From Candidatus Parcubacteria bacterium (GTDB taxonomy: Bacteria > Patescibacteriota > Minisyncoccia > Phycocordibacterales > UBA918): a stretch of DNA of 64,000 bases. The translations under genes and the position numbers were made by a program. Position 1 is the first letter of the stretch, and every line of letters starts with the position of its first letter. Of the stretch, positions 56,811 to 64,000 are shown piece by piece. The DNA is taken from the NCBI GenBank assembly GCA_046050355.1, contig JBJOPW010000001.1:3858-67857 (forward strand), read 5' to 3'. Under the pieces are notes generated by a model. It ran no database searches and was not told where the DNA came from. It was given only the letters and a program-made list of their open reading frames with translations.

Positions 56811-57782
56811 TTATGAATACACCCGGGCTGTTTTAACCAGATGATCAATCAATTCATTAAAACTCAAGCCAACTGCTACCGCCGCTTTGGGGAAGAGGGA
56901 TTCACTCGTGAGGCCGGGTAGGGTGTTTACTTCAAGGAAGTACACTTCCCCATCTTTGATGATACAGTCGGTGCGGGAGTACTGCGAGAGACCGAGGACT
57001 CGATGTACCAGTCGGGCGAGCTCTGCGATCTTTTCTTTTTCTTCGTACGAAAATCGACCAGGACAGAGTTCGGTGGTGCTACCGTCGTATTTTACCGTTT
57101 CATCAAAGAAGGCACGCCCTTGCGGCGGAATGATTTCGATAGCCGGGAGGCTGTAGAGGTCGTTGTCACGGAAGTCACTAAGGACGGCACAGGTTGCTTC
57201 GGTCCCCTGTATATGTTCTTCTACCATACATTCACCATACTGTGAGACAGCAGCGTAGAGGGCGTCTTTGAGCGTATCGGCTGCAACGATTTGGACACCG
57301 TGGGATGAGCCACTTTGCGTGGGTTTGAGCACGTACGTTGGTCCGAAGCTATCGGCAATGACCCGTGAGACAGCTTCGATATCGAGGAGATTATCATTGG
57401 TAACCCGGACGTGTCGCGGTAAGTGGAAGATGTGCTCGCGGAGCGCCCGCTTGGTCATATCTTTGTTAAACGCCATGGCTGAAGCAAAAGAATTACTGCC
57501 GGTAAAGGGGATGTGGAGACGCTCACAAATACGTTGGACGGTACCATCTTCACCATAGGCACCATGCATAGCAATGAAGACGACATCAGTGGTGAGAAGC
57601 GCCTTATCTGGGTCCTTGACTCGCCCATCAACAATCCATTCGCCAGTTTTTGACACAGTGATATCTGTCACGTGGTAGCCGAGGTCAGCAAGGGCACGGA
57701 GTACCCCCGCGCCGGTCTGCATCGACACGTCGTATTCACTACTCGGACCTCCACGCAAAACTGCGACACGAGTCTTGGTCAT
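56811..57782 (-). CDS. ddl: D-alanine--D-alanine ligase
   Basis: RVAVLRGGPSSEYDVSMQTGAGV..., ATP-grasp motifs and the C-terminal EVNTLPGLT. Confidence 0.9.
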   Translation of the reverse strand: MTKTRVAVLRGGPSSEYDVSMQTGAGVLRALADLGYHVTDITVSKTGEWIVDGRVKDPDKALLTTDVVFIAMHGAYGEDGTVQRICERLHIPFTGSNSFASAMAFNKDMTKRALREHIFHLPRHVRVTNDNLLDIEAVSRVIADSFGPTYVLKPTQSGSSHGVQIVAADTLKDALYAAVSQYGECMVEEHIQGTEATCAVLSDFRDNDLYSLPAIEIIPPQGRAFFDETVKYDGSTTELCPGRFSYEEKEKIAELARLVHRVLGLSQYSRTDCIIKDGEVYFLEVNTLPGLTSESLFPKAAVAVGLSFNELIDHLVKTARVYS

Positions 57783-57806
57783 AGCGATATTTTAGCATAA
57801 TGAATC

Positions 57807-58154
57807 GTGAATATGGAATATATAAACCTGATGCAGTGTGCTGTTTGGTATACTGTAGTAGTTATGATTACTACCTTGTCAGCCGCACAATTTAATTTCA
57901 TTGAAGGTTGGTTCTGGTTACTGCTTGGCGCTGTTTGTCTGGTACTGTACCGGTTGATACCCACTCCCTACCGCACGCTTACACTCTATGCAGCCTTTAT
58001 TCTTGTGACATTTGGCGTTTCAGACTTTGTCGAAGCATATTATGGCAGCTTCCTTGTACCGGGAATGGAGTGGCTTTTTATCTGGAAGGCACTTGATGTT
58101 ATTGGTCTAATTTCAATTGTGCTATGGTACGGTGTCCTACGAATACGAAACTAA
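57807..58154 (+). CDS. hypothetical small membrane protein
   Basis: 115-aa ORF with 3-4 hydrophobic helices, convergent with uvrC. Confidence 0.45.
   Translation: MNMEYINLMQCAVWYTVVVMITTLSAAQFNFIEGWFWLLLGAVCLVLYRLIPTPYRTLTLYAAFILVTFGVSDFVEAYYGSFLVPGMEWLFIWKALDVIGLISIVLWYGVLRIRN
57810..57823. promoter_or_regulatory. GAATATGGAATATA 14-mer upstream of ddl, identical to the tandem units at 15001-15040; adjacent extended -10 TGCTAAAAT on the minus strand
   Basis: Exact string match read by eye. Confidence 0.6.
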
Positions 58155-59386
58155 GATAAAGTCCGCTTGCGTTGTTTTTGACGGAAATAGGTGATGGAGA
58201 AGCGGTGGGCTTCGGCATTGGCGTGAAGGATTTCGAGCTTATGGGCGTCGATGAGTGCTTGTGGACCAAGGATATGGTGGGCCTTGTGGCGGTCGTCCTT
58301 CACCACGGCTACGACCGGTACAAGGAGTGCATGTTCAGCCAGAACCAGTTCCGCCGTGAGCTTTTGGACCTCGTTGCCATCTACCACGATGATATTCGGG
58401 AACGGCCACTCGGGGTGTGCCAGCCGGCGAGTAAGGACTTCCTTTAGTGCCGCCGGATCGTTGGCATCTATGAGTGTCTTAATCTTGAACTTACGGTACT
58501 CGTCTTTCTGTGGTTCGCTTCCCTCGACCACGGTCATGACACCGACCATGTCCTGGCCATCCATATGCGCGACGTCGTAGGCTTCGATACGGAGCGTTCG
58601 TCCGGTGCGTAGAGTTGATCGTTCGGCTTTGATGAGGGCAATATCTTGGATGTGCTCAAGGGCAAATATCTGACGCTTGATCTTCCCCGCCATTTCAAAG
58701 TGTTCGAGTTTTGCCTCACGAAGCATGTCGCGAGTAAGCTCTTTGATGATTTGTCCCTTCTTGCCATCAAAAAGGAGCTTCAGATGCCGGATGGTGCGGT
58801 CGTAGACCACTTTGTCCGTGTGGTTCGGGTAGAGACCAATCTGACGGTTGAAGTCAACCTTCCCACGGGCAAGTTTTGTACGCTCGAAACCCACTGGTTC
58901 GTTGGTGTCATAAAATTGGAAGAGTTTGCGGACAATCTTGAGGGCTTCACGCAAGAGGCCACCACTCGGGAACGGGCCAAAGTGGTATTTGATTTCTTTT
59001 TCCGTAAACTGTTCGGTCAGGTCTTTACCGCGGACGACCAGTACCCGAGGCCACGGTTCGTTGGTGATCACGAGGTGGTTGTATGACTTATCGTCTTTGC
59101 TGCGGGTGTTATACCGTGGCTTGTGACTGCGGATGAGATTTGTTTCGAGGATAAGTGCTTCAAGCACACTTTCGGTCGGGGTGACCTCAATGGAGGCAGC
59201 TTCAGCTACCATATTTTCGATCAGTTCCGAGCGCTTTTCTTTGATGTCGTTGGCGAAGTAACTCCGGACACGACTCTTGAGTGAGGTGGCTTTGCCGATG
59301 TAGAGAATGGCTTTCTTGGAATCCAGAAAAAAGTACACCCCGGGAGTATCAGGTAAGTCGTGGTTTTTGAGGTCAGCTTTATTCAT
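58151..59386 (-). CDS. uvrC: excinuclease ABC subunit C, short form (GIY-YIG, UvrBC-interaction and RNase H-like endonuclease domains; no C-terminal HhH)
   Basis: GIY-YIG PGVYFFLDSKKAILYIGKATSLKSRVRSY and RIEAYDVAHMDGQDMVGVMTV. About 410 aa versus roughly 600 typical. The start codon is uncertain by a few nt. Confidence 0.8.
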   Translation of the reverse strand: MNKADLKNHDLPDTPGVYFFLDSKKAILYIGKATSLKSRVRSYFANDIKEKRSELIENMVAEAASIEVTPTESVLEALILETNLIRSHKPRYNTRSKDDKSYNHLVITNEPWPRVLVVRGKDLTEQFTEKEIKYHFGPFPSGGLLREALKIVRKLFQFYDTNEPVGFERTKLARGKVDFNRQIGLYPNHTDKVVYDRTIRHLKLLFDGKKGQIIKELTRDMLREAKLEHFEMAGKIKRQIFALEHIQDIALIKAERSTLRTGRTLRIEAYDVAHMDGQDMVGVMTVVEGSEPQKDEYRKFKIKTLIDANDPAALKEVLTRRLAHPEWPFPNIIVVDGNEVQKLTAELVLAEHALLVPVVAVVKDDRHKAHHILGPQALIDAHKLEILHANAEAHRFSITYFRQKQRKRTLS

Positions 59387-59459
59387 TGCAAAATACTCTA
59401 CCACAAAATATGCGAAAACCGCCCTACGGGAGGGCGGCCATCATCTTGTGCTGAGGGTG

Positions 59460-59663
59460 TCAGATTGACGCCCAGTCATTGAAAGTCGTTTCACCTGTGC
59501 TGTCGTCTTGTTGCGACTGACCTGGGTTGTTGCCACCGCCTTGTTGCTGTTGATTCTGGGCTGCGCCAGTCTTAGGCGTGTTCCCTGTTTGCTTTTTGGC
59601 GTCGGGATTGATGGTACCTTGTCCATCATCGGCAGAACCCTGCTGACCGTAGTCTGTCATCAC
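59460..59663 (-). CDS. hypothetical low-complexity (Q/G/N/T-rich) small protein
   Basis: 67-aa ORF between uvrC and uvrA; may be spurious. Confidence 0.3.
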   Translation of the reverse strand: MMTDYGQQGSADDGQGTINPDAKKQTGNTPKTGAAQNQQQQGGGNNPGQSQQDDSTGETTFNDWASI

Positions 59664-59754
59664 GAATTTCCTTACTTTGTGCTGTCCTGCCTCCTATCAT
59701 ACTCCTTGGGAGCATAGGGCAAAGGAGTGGGTTGTGCTTAACTAACTCATTGAA

Positions 59755-59794
59755 CAAAGGGCCGTCCTTCGTGGATACGAAGGACGGCCCTTTG
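59755..59794. repeat. copy 3 of the palindromic repeat family: CAAAGGGCCGTCCTTCG-TGGATA-CGAAGGACGGCCCTTTG; likely the uvrA terminator
   Basis: Read directly; 10 nt beyond the uvrA stop. Confidence 0.85.
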
Positions 59795-59804
59795 TGGATA
59801 CTGG

Positions 59805-62468
59805 TTACAGCACCTTCTTCAAATAGCGGCCGGTGTGTGACTTGGGATTCTCAGCCACCTCCTCTGGGGTACCTTTGGCGACAACTTCCCCACCACCAGC
59901 ACCACCCTCAGGGCCGATGTCGATAATATAGTCGGCACACTTCACGAGGTCGAGGTTGTGTTCGATCACCATGACGGTATTGCCTTTGTTCACGAGCTCT
60001 TGGAGGATCTCGATGAGCTTGCGGACGTCGTCGTAGTGAAGACCAATCGTTGGTTCGTCAAGGAGGTAGATGGTCTTTTGGGTATGTGGTTTGTAGAGTT
60101 CAGAGGCAATCTTCACGCGCTGCGCTTCTCCACCGGAGAGAGTGGTCGCACTCTGGCCGAGCTTCAGGTACGAAAGTCCCACATCAAGGAGGGTCTTCAG
60201 ACGTTCTTCGATAGACGGCACGTCTTTATAAAATTCGTACGCTTCCTCAATGGTCATCTCGAGGACTTGGTAGATGTTCTTTTTCTTGTAGAGCACCTCA
60301 AGGGTTTCTTTGGTAAAGCGCTTACCTTCACAGACGTCACACTCGACGTATACGGTCGGGAGGAAGTGCATCTCGACCGCTATCTCCCCGTTGCCCTGAC
60401 AGGCTTCGCAGCGCCCGCCTTTCACATTGAACGAGAAGCGACCAGGCTTCCAGCCACGAGCGCGGGCTTCACCACTAGCTGCAAAGAGATCGCGGATATG
60501 AGTAAAAGCCCCCGTGTATGTGGCTGGGTTACTGCGTGGTGTCCGACCAATTGGCGACTGATCGATGAGGATAGAACGACCGAGGTACTCACTCCCCGTG
60601 AAGCTCGCACAGTTGAAGGTCTTCGCGGTACGGTAGGCTTTTTCGAGACGAGCTTTGAGGTTCTTATCGACTATCTCATACATGAAGGTCGACTTACCAG
60701 AACCAGACACACCGGTGACACAGATAAGACGTCCGAGTGGGATGTCGATGTTCATATTCTTGATGTTGAAGGCTTTGCCCCCTTTGATCTTGAGTGAACC
60801 CTTCTCGCCGGTGCGACGATCAGGAATCGGAATAGTCTTTTCGTGACGGAGGTAAGCTAGGGTCGATGAGCCGGAATCGTTTTTCTTGGCCTTAAGCAGA
60901 TCTTCGAGCCAACCGGCTACTACTACCTGTCCACCATGGATACCAGCGCCTGGGCCAATATCGACAATGTAGTCTGACGCGTAGATGGTGTCTTCGTCGT
61001 GTTCGACCACGATGATGGTGTTACCGAGGTCGCGGAGCTCAGAGAGCGTCTGCACGAGCCGGTCATTGTCCCGTTGGTGGAGACCAATCGTTGGTTCATC
61101 AAGTACGTACAAGGCACCGACGAGACCGGAACCGAGCTGGGAGGCGAGACGGATTCGCTGCGCCTCGCCACCAGAGAGAGTGTTCGCGCGACGATCAAGA
61201 GTGAGGTACTCGATACCGACGTTGTTCATAAATTCGAGTCGTTCGATTACTTCACGCAGGGCCGGCCACGCAATTTCTTGTTGGTACTTTGAGAGCTTGA
61301 GGTTCTCAATAAACTTCGTCGCTTCTTTGACCGTCATCGCGGTGAACTCGACAATGTTGATACCGAGGTTGTTCGCGTCGCCACCGAGGAAGACACGGAG
61401 GGCCTCCTTGCGCAGACGGGCACCGTTACAAACTGGACAGACATCACTCTGGAAGATACCAACGACTCCCAGACCATTACACTCAGGACAGGCGCCATAT
61501 GGTGAGTTAAACGAGAAGAGACGAGGTTCAACTTCAGGGAATGACGACCCATCGACCGGACAGATGAACTTGGCTGAGAGCATGCGCGACGAGCCATCTG
61601 GTGACTCGATCTTTACGAGGCCATTGGCAAGACCAAGGGCCACTTCAACGGCCTCTGAGAGACGTTCGTGTGAGCCTTTTGGATCATCGGTGAATTCACT
61701 GACGTAGATTTCGTCTACCAGGACGTCGATATCGTGACGCTTCGTTTTACTCAGTTCAATTCGTTCACGGAGATGCTTCACTTCCCCATCGATTTTGATG
61801 GTTTCAAAACCTTTACCAAGGAGATCGTAGAGAAGCTGGTAGTATTCACCTTTACGTCCAACCACGACCGGTGCAAAGATCACCACTCGGCCTTTTGATA
61901 CCTCAATTCCCATCACCTTTTGTGACTGCGCTTTGGTCGCAGTCTTCACCTCTTTGGATTCGATTGATTCGAGGACGACCCGGAGGATTTCGTCTTGAGA
62001 CATCTTTTGGATAGGCACATCTACATCAAGACAGTATGGTTGGCCAACCCGGGCATAGAGGATACGGAGGTAGTCGTAGATTTCGGTGATGGTAGCGACG
62101 GTCGAACGTGGATTGCGACTGGCAGACTTTTGGTCAATCGAGATGGCTGGTGAAAGGCCAGAGATCTCGTCAACGTCAGGCTTTTGCATCTTGTTGAGGA
62201 ATTGCCGCGCGTATGGCGAAAGCGATTCGACATACCGGCGCTGTCCTTCAGCAAAGATGGTGTCAAAGGCGAGGGATGACTTGCCCGAGCCAGAGGGGCC
62301 GGTGATCGCAATCATGGCACCGCGAGGCATTTCAACTGAGATATCTTTGAGGTTGTGGGTACGAGCGCCACGCACGATGATCTTTTGAGATCGGTCGTCC
62401 ATGTTGGTACGGGTGATTTTCTTGCCCGTGTCTTTTGTCTCCTTCTTGTTGTCTGAAGCTTTGGCCAT
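59805..62468 (-). CDS. uvrA: excinuclease ABC subunit A
   Basis: Two ABC ATPase modules ([14 protein letters not shown] and [10 protein letters not shown]) and zinc-finger Cys pairs; 887 aa. Confidence 0.93.
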   Translation of the reverse strand: MAKASDNKKETKDTGKKITRTNMDDRSQKIIVRGARTHNLKDISVEMPRGAMIAITGPSGSGKSSLAFDTIFAEGQRRYVESLSPYARQFLNKMQKPDVDEISGLSPAISIDQKSASRNPRSTVATITEIYDYLRILYARVGQPYCLDVDVPIQKMSQDEILRVVLESIESKEVKTATKAQSQKVMGIEVSKGRVVIFAPVVVGRKGEYYQLLYDLLGKGFETIKIDGEVKHLRERIELSKTKRHDIDVLVDEIYVSEFTDDPKGSHERLSEAVEVALGLANGLVKIESPDGSSRMLSAKFICPVDGSSFPEVEPRLFSFNSPYGACPECNGLGVVGIFQSDVCPVCNGARLRKEALRVFLGGDANNLGINIVEFTAMTVKEATKFIENLKLSKYQQEIAWPALREVIERLEFMNNVGIEYLTLDRRANTLSGGEAQRIRLASQLGSGLVGALYVLDEPTIGLHQRDNDRLVQTLSELRDLGNTIIVVEHDEDTIYASDYIVDIGPGAGIHGGQVVVAGWLEDLLKAKKNDSGSSTLAYLRHEKTIPIPDRRTGEKGSLKIKGGKAFNIKNMNIDIPLGRLICVTGVSGSGKSTFMYEIVDKNLKARLEKAYRTAKTFNCASFTGSEYLGRSILIDQSPIGRTPRSNPATYTGAFTHIRDLFAASGEARARGWKPGRFSFNVKGGRCEACQGNGEIAVEMHFLPTVYVECDVCEGKRFTKETLEVLYKKKNIYQVLEMTIEEAYEFYKDVPSIEERLKTLLDVGLSYLKLGQSATTLSGGEAQRVKIASELYKPHTQKTIYLLDEPTIGLHYDDVRKLIEILQELVNKGNTVMVIEHNLDLVKCADYIIDIGPEGGAGGGEVVAKGTPEEVAENPKSHTGRYLKKVL

Positions 62469-62469
62469 A

Positions 62470-62833
62470 CTAAAACTACCCCTAAATTATCTAAATAAGC
62501 GAAACGCCACTGCCTGGCGGTAGTGGTCGGTTAGGGAGAGTATAGCAGACTGAATTGAATATAAAAAGAAAAGGCCCAGAGGTCGTCGTCACGACTTGGG
62601 CCTTGTGTGCCATCCGGATGCCTCCGTCTAGCAAATTGCGCTGAGCATCAGCGCCACCTCACTCTGCTGTCCAGGACGTCCTGGCAATGTTCGAACCCAA
62701 GCTATCACTACTTTGAGTTAGTCTGAATTGGGCCTTACGACCCTCCATGGTCCGGGAACTCACTCACCCAGCTGAGACTGCGGCAATCATCTTCCGCAAT
62801 GTTTATATATTAGCATACTACAATACAAAAGTC
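62470..62833. other. 364-nt GC-rich hairpin-dense spacer between uvrB and uvrA; candidate structured RNA or long leader
   Basis: No credible ORF. Multiple local stems: GGCCCAGAGGTCGTCGTCACGACTTGGGCC, CCAGGACGTCCTGG and GCGCTGATGCTCAGCGC. Confidence 0.3.
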
Positions 62834-62882
62834 AAGCACCTTGAAGGGTGCTTGTAATCCTCCCTAGGCCGGGCCTAGGGAG
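62834..62882 (-). terminator. tandem-hairpin terminator of uvrB
   Basis: CTCCCTAGGC-CGG-GCCTAGGGAG and CAAGCACC-TTGAAG-GGTGCTTG, then TTTTGTATTG on the minus strand. Confidence 0.6.
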
Positions 62883-62889
62883 AGCATTG

Positions 62890-64000
62890 TTACATAAGGG
62901 TTTTCTTGTTTTTCTTTGGTTTGCCGGCGGCTTCGGCTTCGAGGTAGACGATTTCGTCACGGATGATGGCGGCGGTCTCGAAATCGAGGATAGAGACGGC
63001 GTCTTGCATCTGCTGGCGCTTTTCCTTGAGTACCTTTGCTGGGTTGCGCTTGAATAGCTCCATGTCGACTTTGAGCATCGTCTCGACTGTATCGTCGTGC
63101 TGGGTGCGGAGTTGATCAGCAATGGATTTGATTTCCTTGGCAATCGTCGTCGGTGTGATGCCGTGTTCGGTGTTGTAGGCGACCTGGATGGCGCGACGGC
63201 GGTTGGTTTCGTTCACGGCGTAGGTCAGTGCATCGGTCATCTCGTCGGCATAGAGGACTACTCGCCCATTCACATTTCGAGCGGCGCGACCAATGGTCTG
63301 GATAAGCGCGGTCTCACTGCGAAGGAAGCCGGCTTTGTCGGCATCGAGGATAGCGACGAGCTCTACCTCAGGCAGGTCGAGGCCTTCACGGAGGAGGTTT
63401 ACCCCGACAAGACAATCAAACTTACCTTTACGGAAGTCGGTGAGGATTTCGATACGTTCAAGTGTCTCCACATCACTATGGATGTACTTGGTGTTGATGT
63501 TGCGAGCGGTGAGGAATTCGGCAAGGTCTTCAGCCATCTTCTTCGTGAGCGTCGTTGTGAGTACCCGCGCGCCACCAGCAATTACCTTCACTGCCTCTTC
63601 GATGAAGTCTTTGATTTGGCCCGGGTAATTCCCTACCTCAGAAACGGGACTTATCCCGTTACTGCGGAGCGATTTTTGCTTTTCATATTCCTTATGGATT
63701 TTTGTTTGTGGTTCTGTGTACGCAGTAACGGGACGAGTATCAATCTCAGGATCAATGAGACCAGTCGGACGAATGATCTGCTCAACCACACTGCCTTCAG
63801 CCACACAGCGATTGATATCAACCCCACGGAAGTACGCGGATTGACTTTCGGTACCACTTTTGCTCTTTTTGTCGGTGTTAATGGCACTTGGTGGACAGCA
63901 GTGTTCGAACTCGTACTTACCGGGTGTCGCAGAGGTGTAGATACACTGCCCCACACGAGCTTCAAATTCATCAAATTTCAGCGGGCGGTTATCAACCGCA
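62890..64000 (-). CDS. uvrB: excinuclease ABC subunit B, C-terminal two thirds (N-terminus beyond window end)
   Basis: The frame stays open to position 64000 (..DNRPLKFDEFEARVGQCIYTSATPG). Helicase motifs V/VI LVGVNLLREGLDLPEV and QTIGRAARN, plus the C-terminal UVR domain. It carries an extra roughly 30-aa Cys-containing insertion after YEFEH relative to E. coli UvrB. Confidence 0.9.
   Translation of the reverse strand, partial: AVDNRPLKFDEFEARVGQCIYTSATPGKYEFEHCCPPSAINTDKKSKSGTESQSAYFRGVDINRCVAEGSVVEQIIRPTGLIDPEIDTRPVTAYTEPQTKIHKEYEKQKSLRSNGISPVSEVGNYPGQIKDFIEEAVKVIAGGARVLTTTLTKKMAEDLAEFLTARNINTKYIHSDVETLERIEILTDFRKGKFDCLVGVNLLREGLDLPEVELVAILDADKAGFLRSETALIQTIGRAARNVNGRVVLYADEMTDALTYAVNETNRRRAIQVAYNTEHGITPTTIAKEIKSIADQLRTQHDDTVETMLKVDMELFKRNPAKVLKEKRQQMQDAVSILDFETAAIIRDEIVYLEAEAAGKPKKNKKTLM

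Noticed and set aside
62470-62833. RNase P RNA, tmRNA or SRP RNA in the uvrB-uvrA spacer
   Set aside because: I could not find the universally conserved blocks. There is no AGGAAAGUCCGGGCUCC, GGUAAGAGCGCACC or ACAGAANCCGGCUUA for RNase P. There is no GGGG...tag ORF ending in ALAA...T-arm...CCA for tmRNA. There is no GGAAGCAGCC-type domain IV for SRP. It is kept only as an unassigned structured region.
1-64000. CRISPR arrays, rRNA genes, integrase or recombinase genes
   Set aside because: None seen. The only regular short tandem repeat is the 3x14-nt promoter-proximal motif at 15001-15040. No integrase accompanies the att-like tRNA fragments within this window.

Overview
The window is a 64 kb stretch of a compact, mostly minus-strand-coded bacterial chromosome at roughly 50% GC. 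Several genes look trimmed (AlaRS without the C-Ala domain, a short UvrC, a sigma-70 region-4-only protein), which fits a reduced-genome lineage; that lineage call is inference.

Core content, in order:
- a heat-shock operon, grpE-dnaK-dnaJ, with a homospermidine synthase gene (hss) inserted between dnaK and dnaJ;
- a ribosomal cluster: infA-rpmJ-rpsM-rpsK-rpsD-rpoA-rplQ-rplM-rpsI;
- alaS, pepF, mnmA, mltG and a leuS that carries an internal Nudix domain;
- a two-component pair, upp, ychF, sppA, tspO and an RND efflux pair (adaptor plus pump);
- two tRNA-Ala genes (GGC and UGC), queA, ddl, and a uvrB-uvrA-uvrC cluster. uvrB runs off the window end.

Accessory content:
- an IS200/RAYT-like Y1 transposase flanked by perfect REP-like palindromes, next to dnaJ;
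- a RelE/Phd toxin-antitoxin cassette sitting between diverged direct repeats derived from a membrane-protein gene;
- a family of three near-identical 17-bp-stem hairpin repeats;
- an AT-rich gene that appears to carry DKNYY repeats, next to tRNA-Ala(GGC), with inverted copies of that tRNA's 3-prime end nearby;
- most notably an AT-rich island at about 50.3-54.2 kb. It encodes a Panacea-domain antitoxin plus toxin, an M.EcoRI-family adenine methyltransferase, a DUF262(ParB-like)-HNH nuclease and a small membrane protein. It is preceded by a 485-nt structured intergenic region with candidate small ORFs.

All calls rest on reading the translations and sequence by eye. No searches were run, and coordinates of small elements may be off by 1-2 nt.
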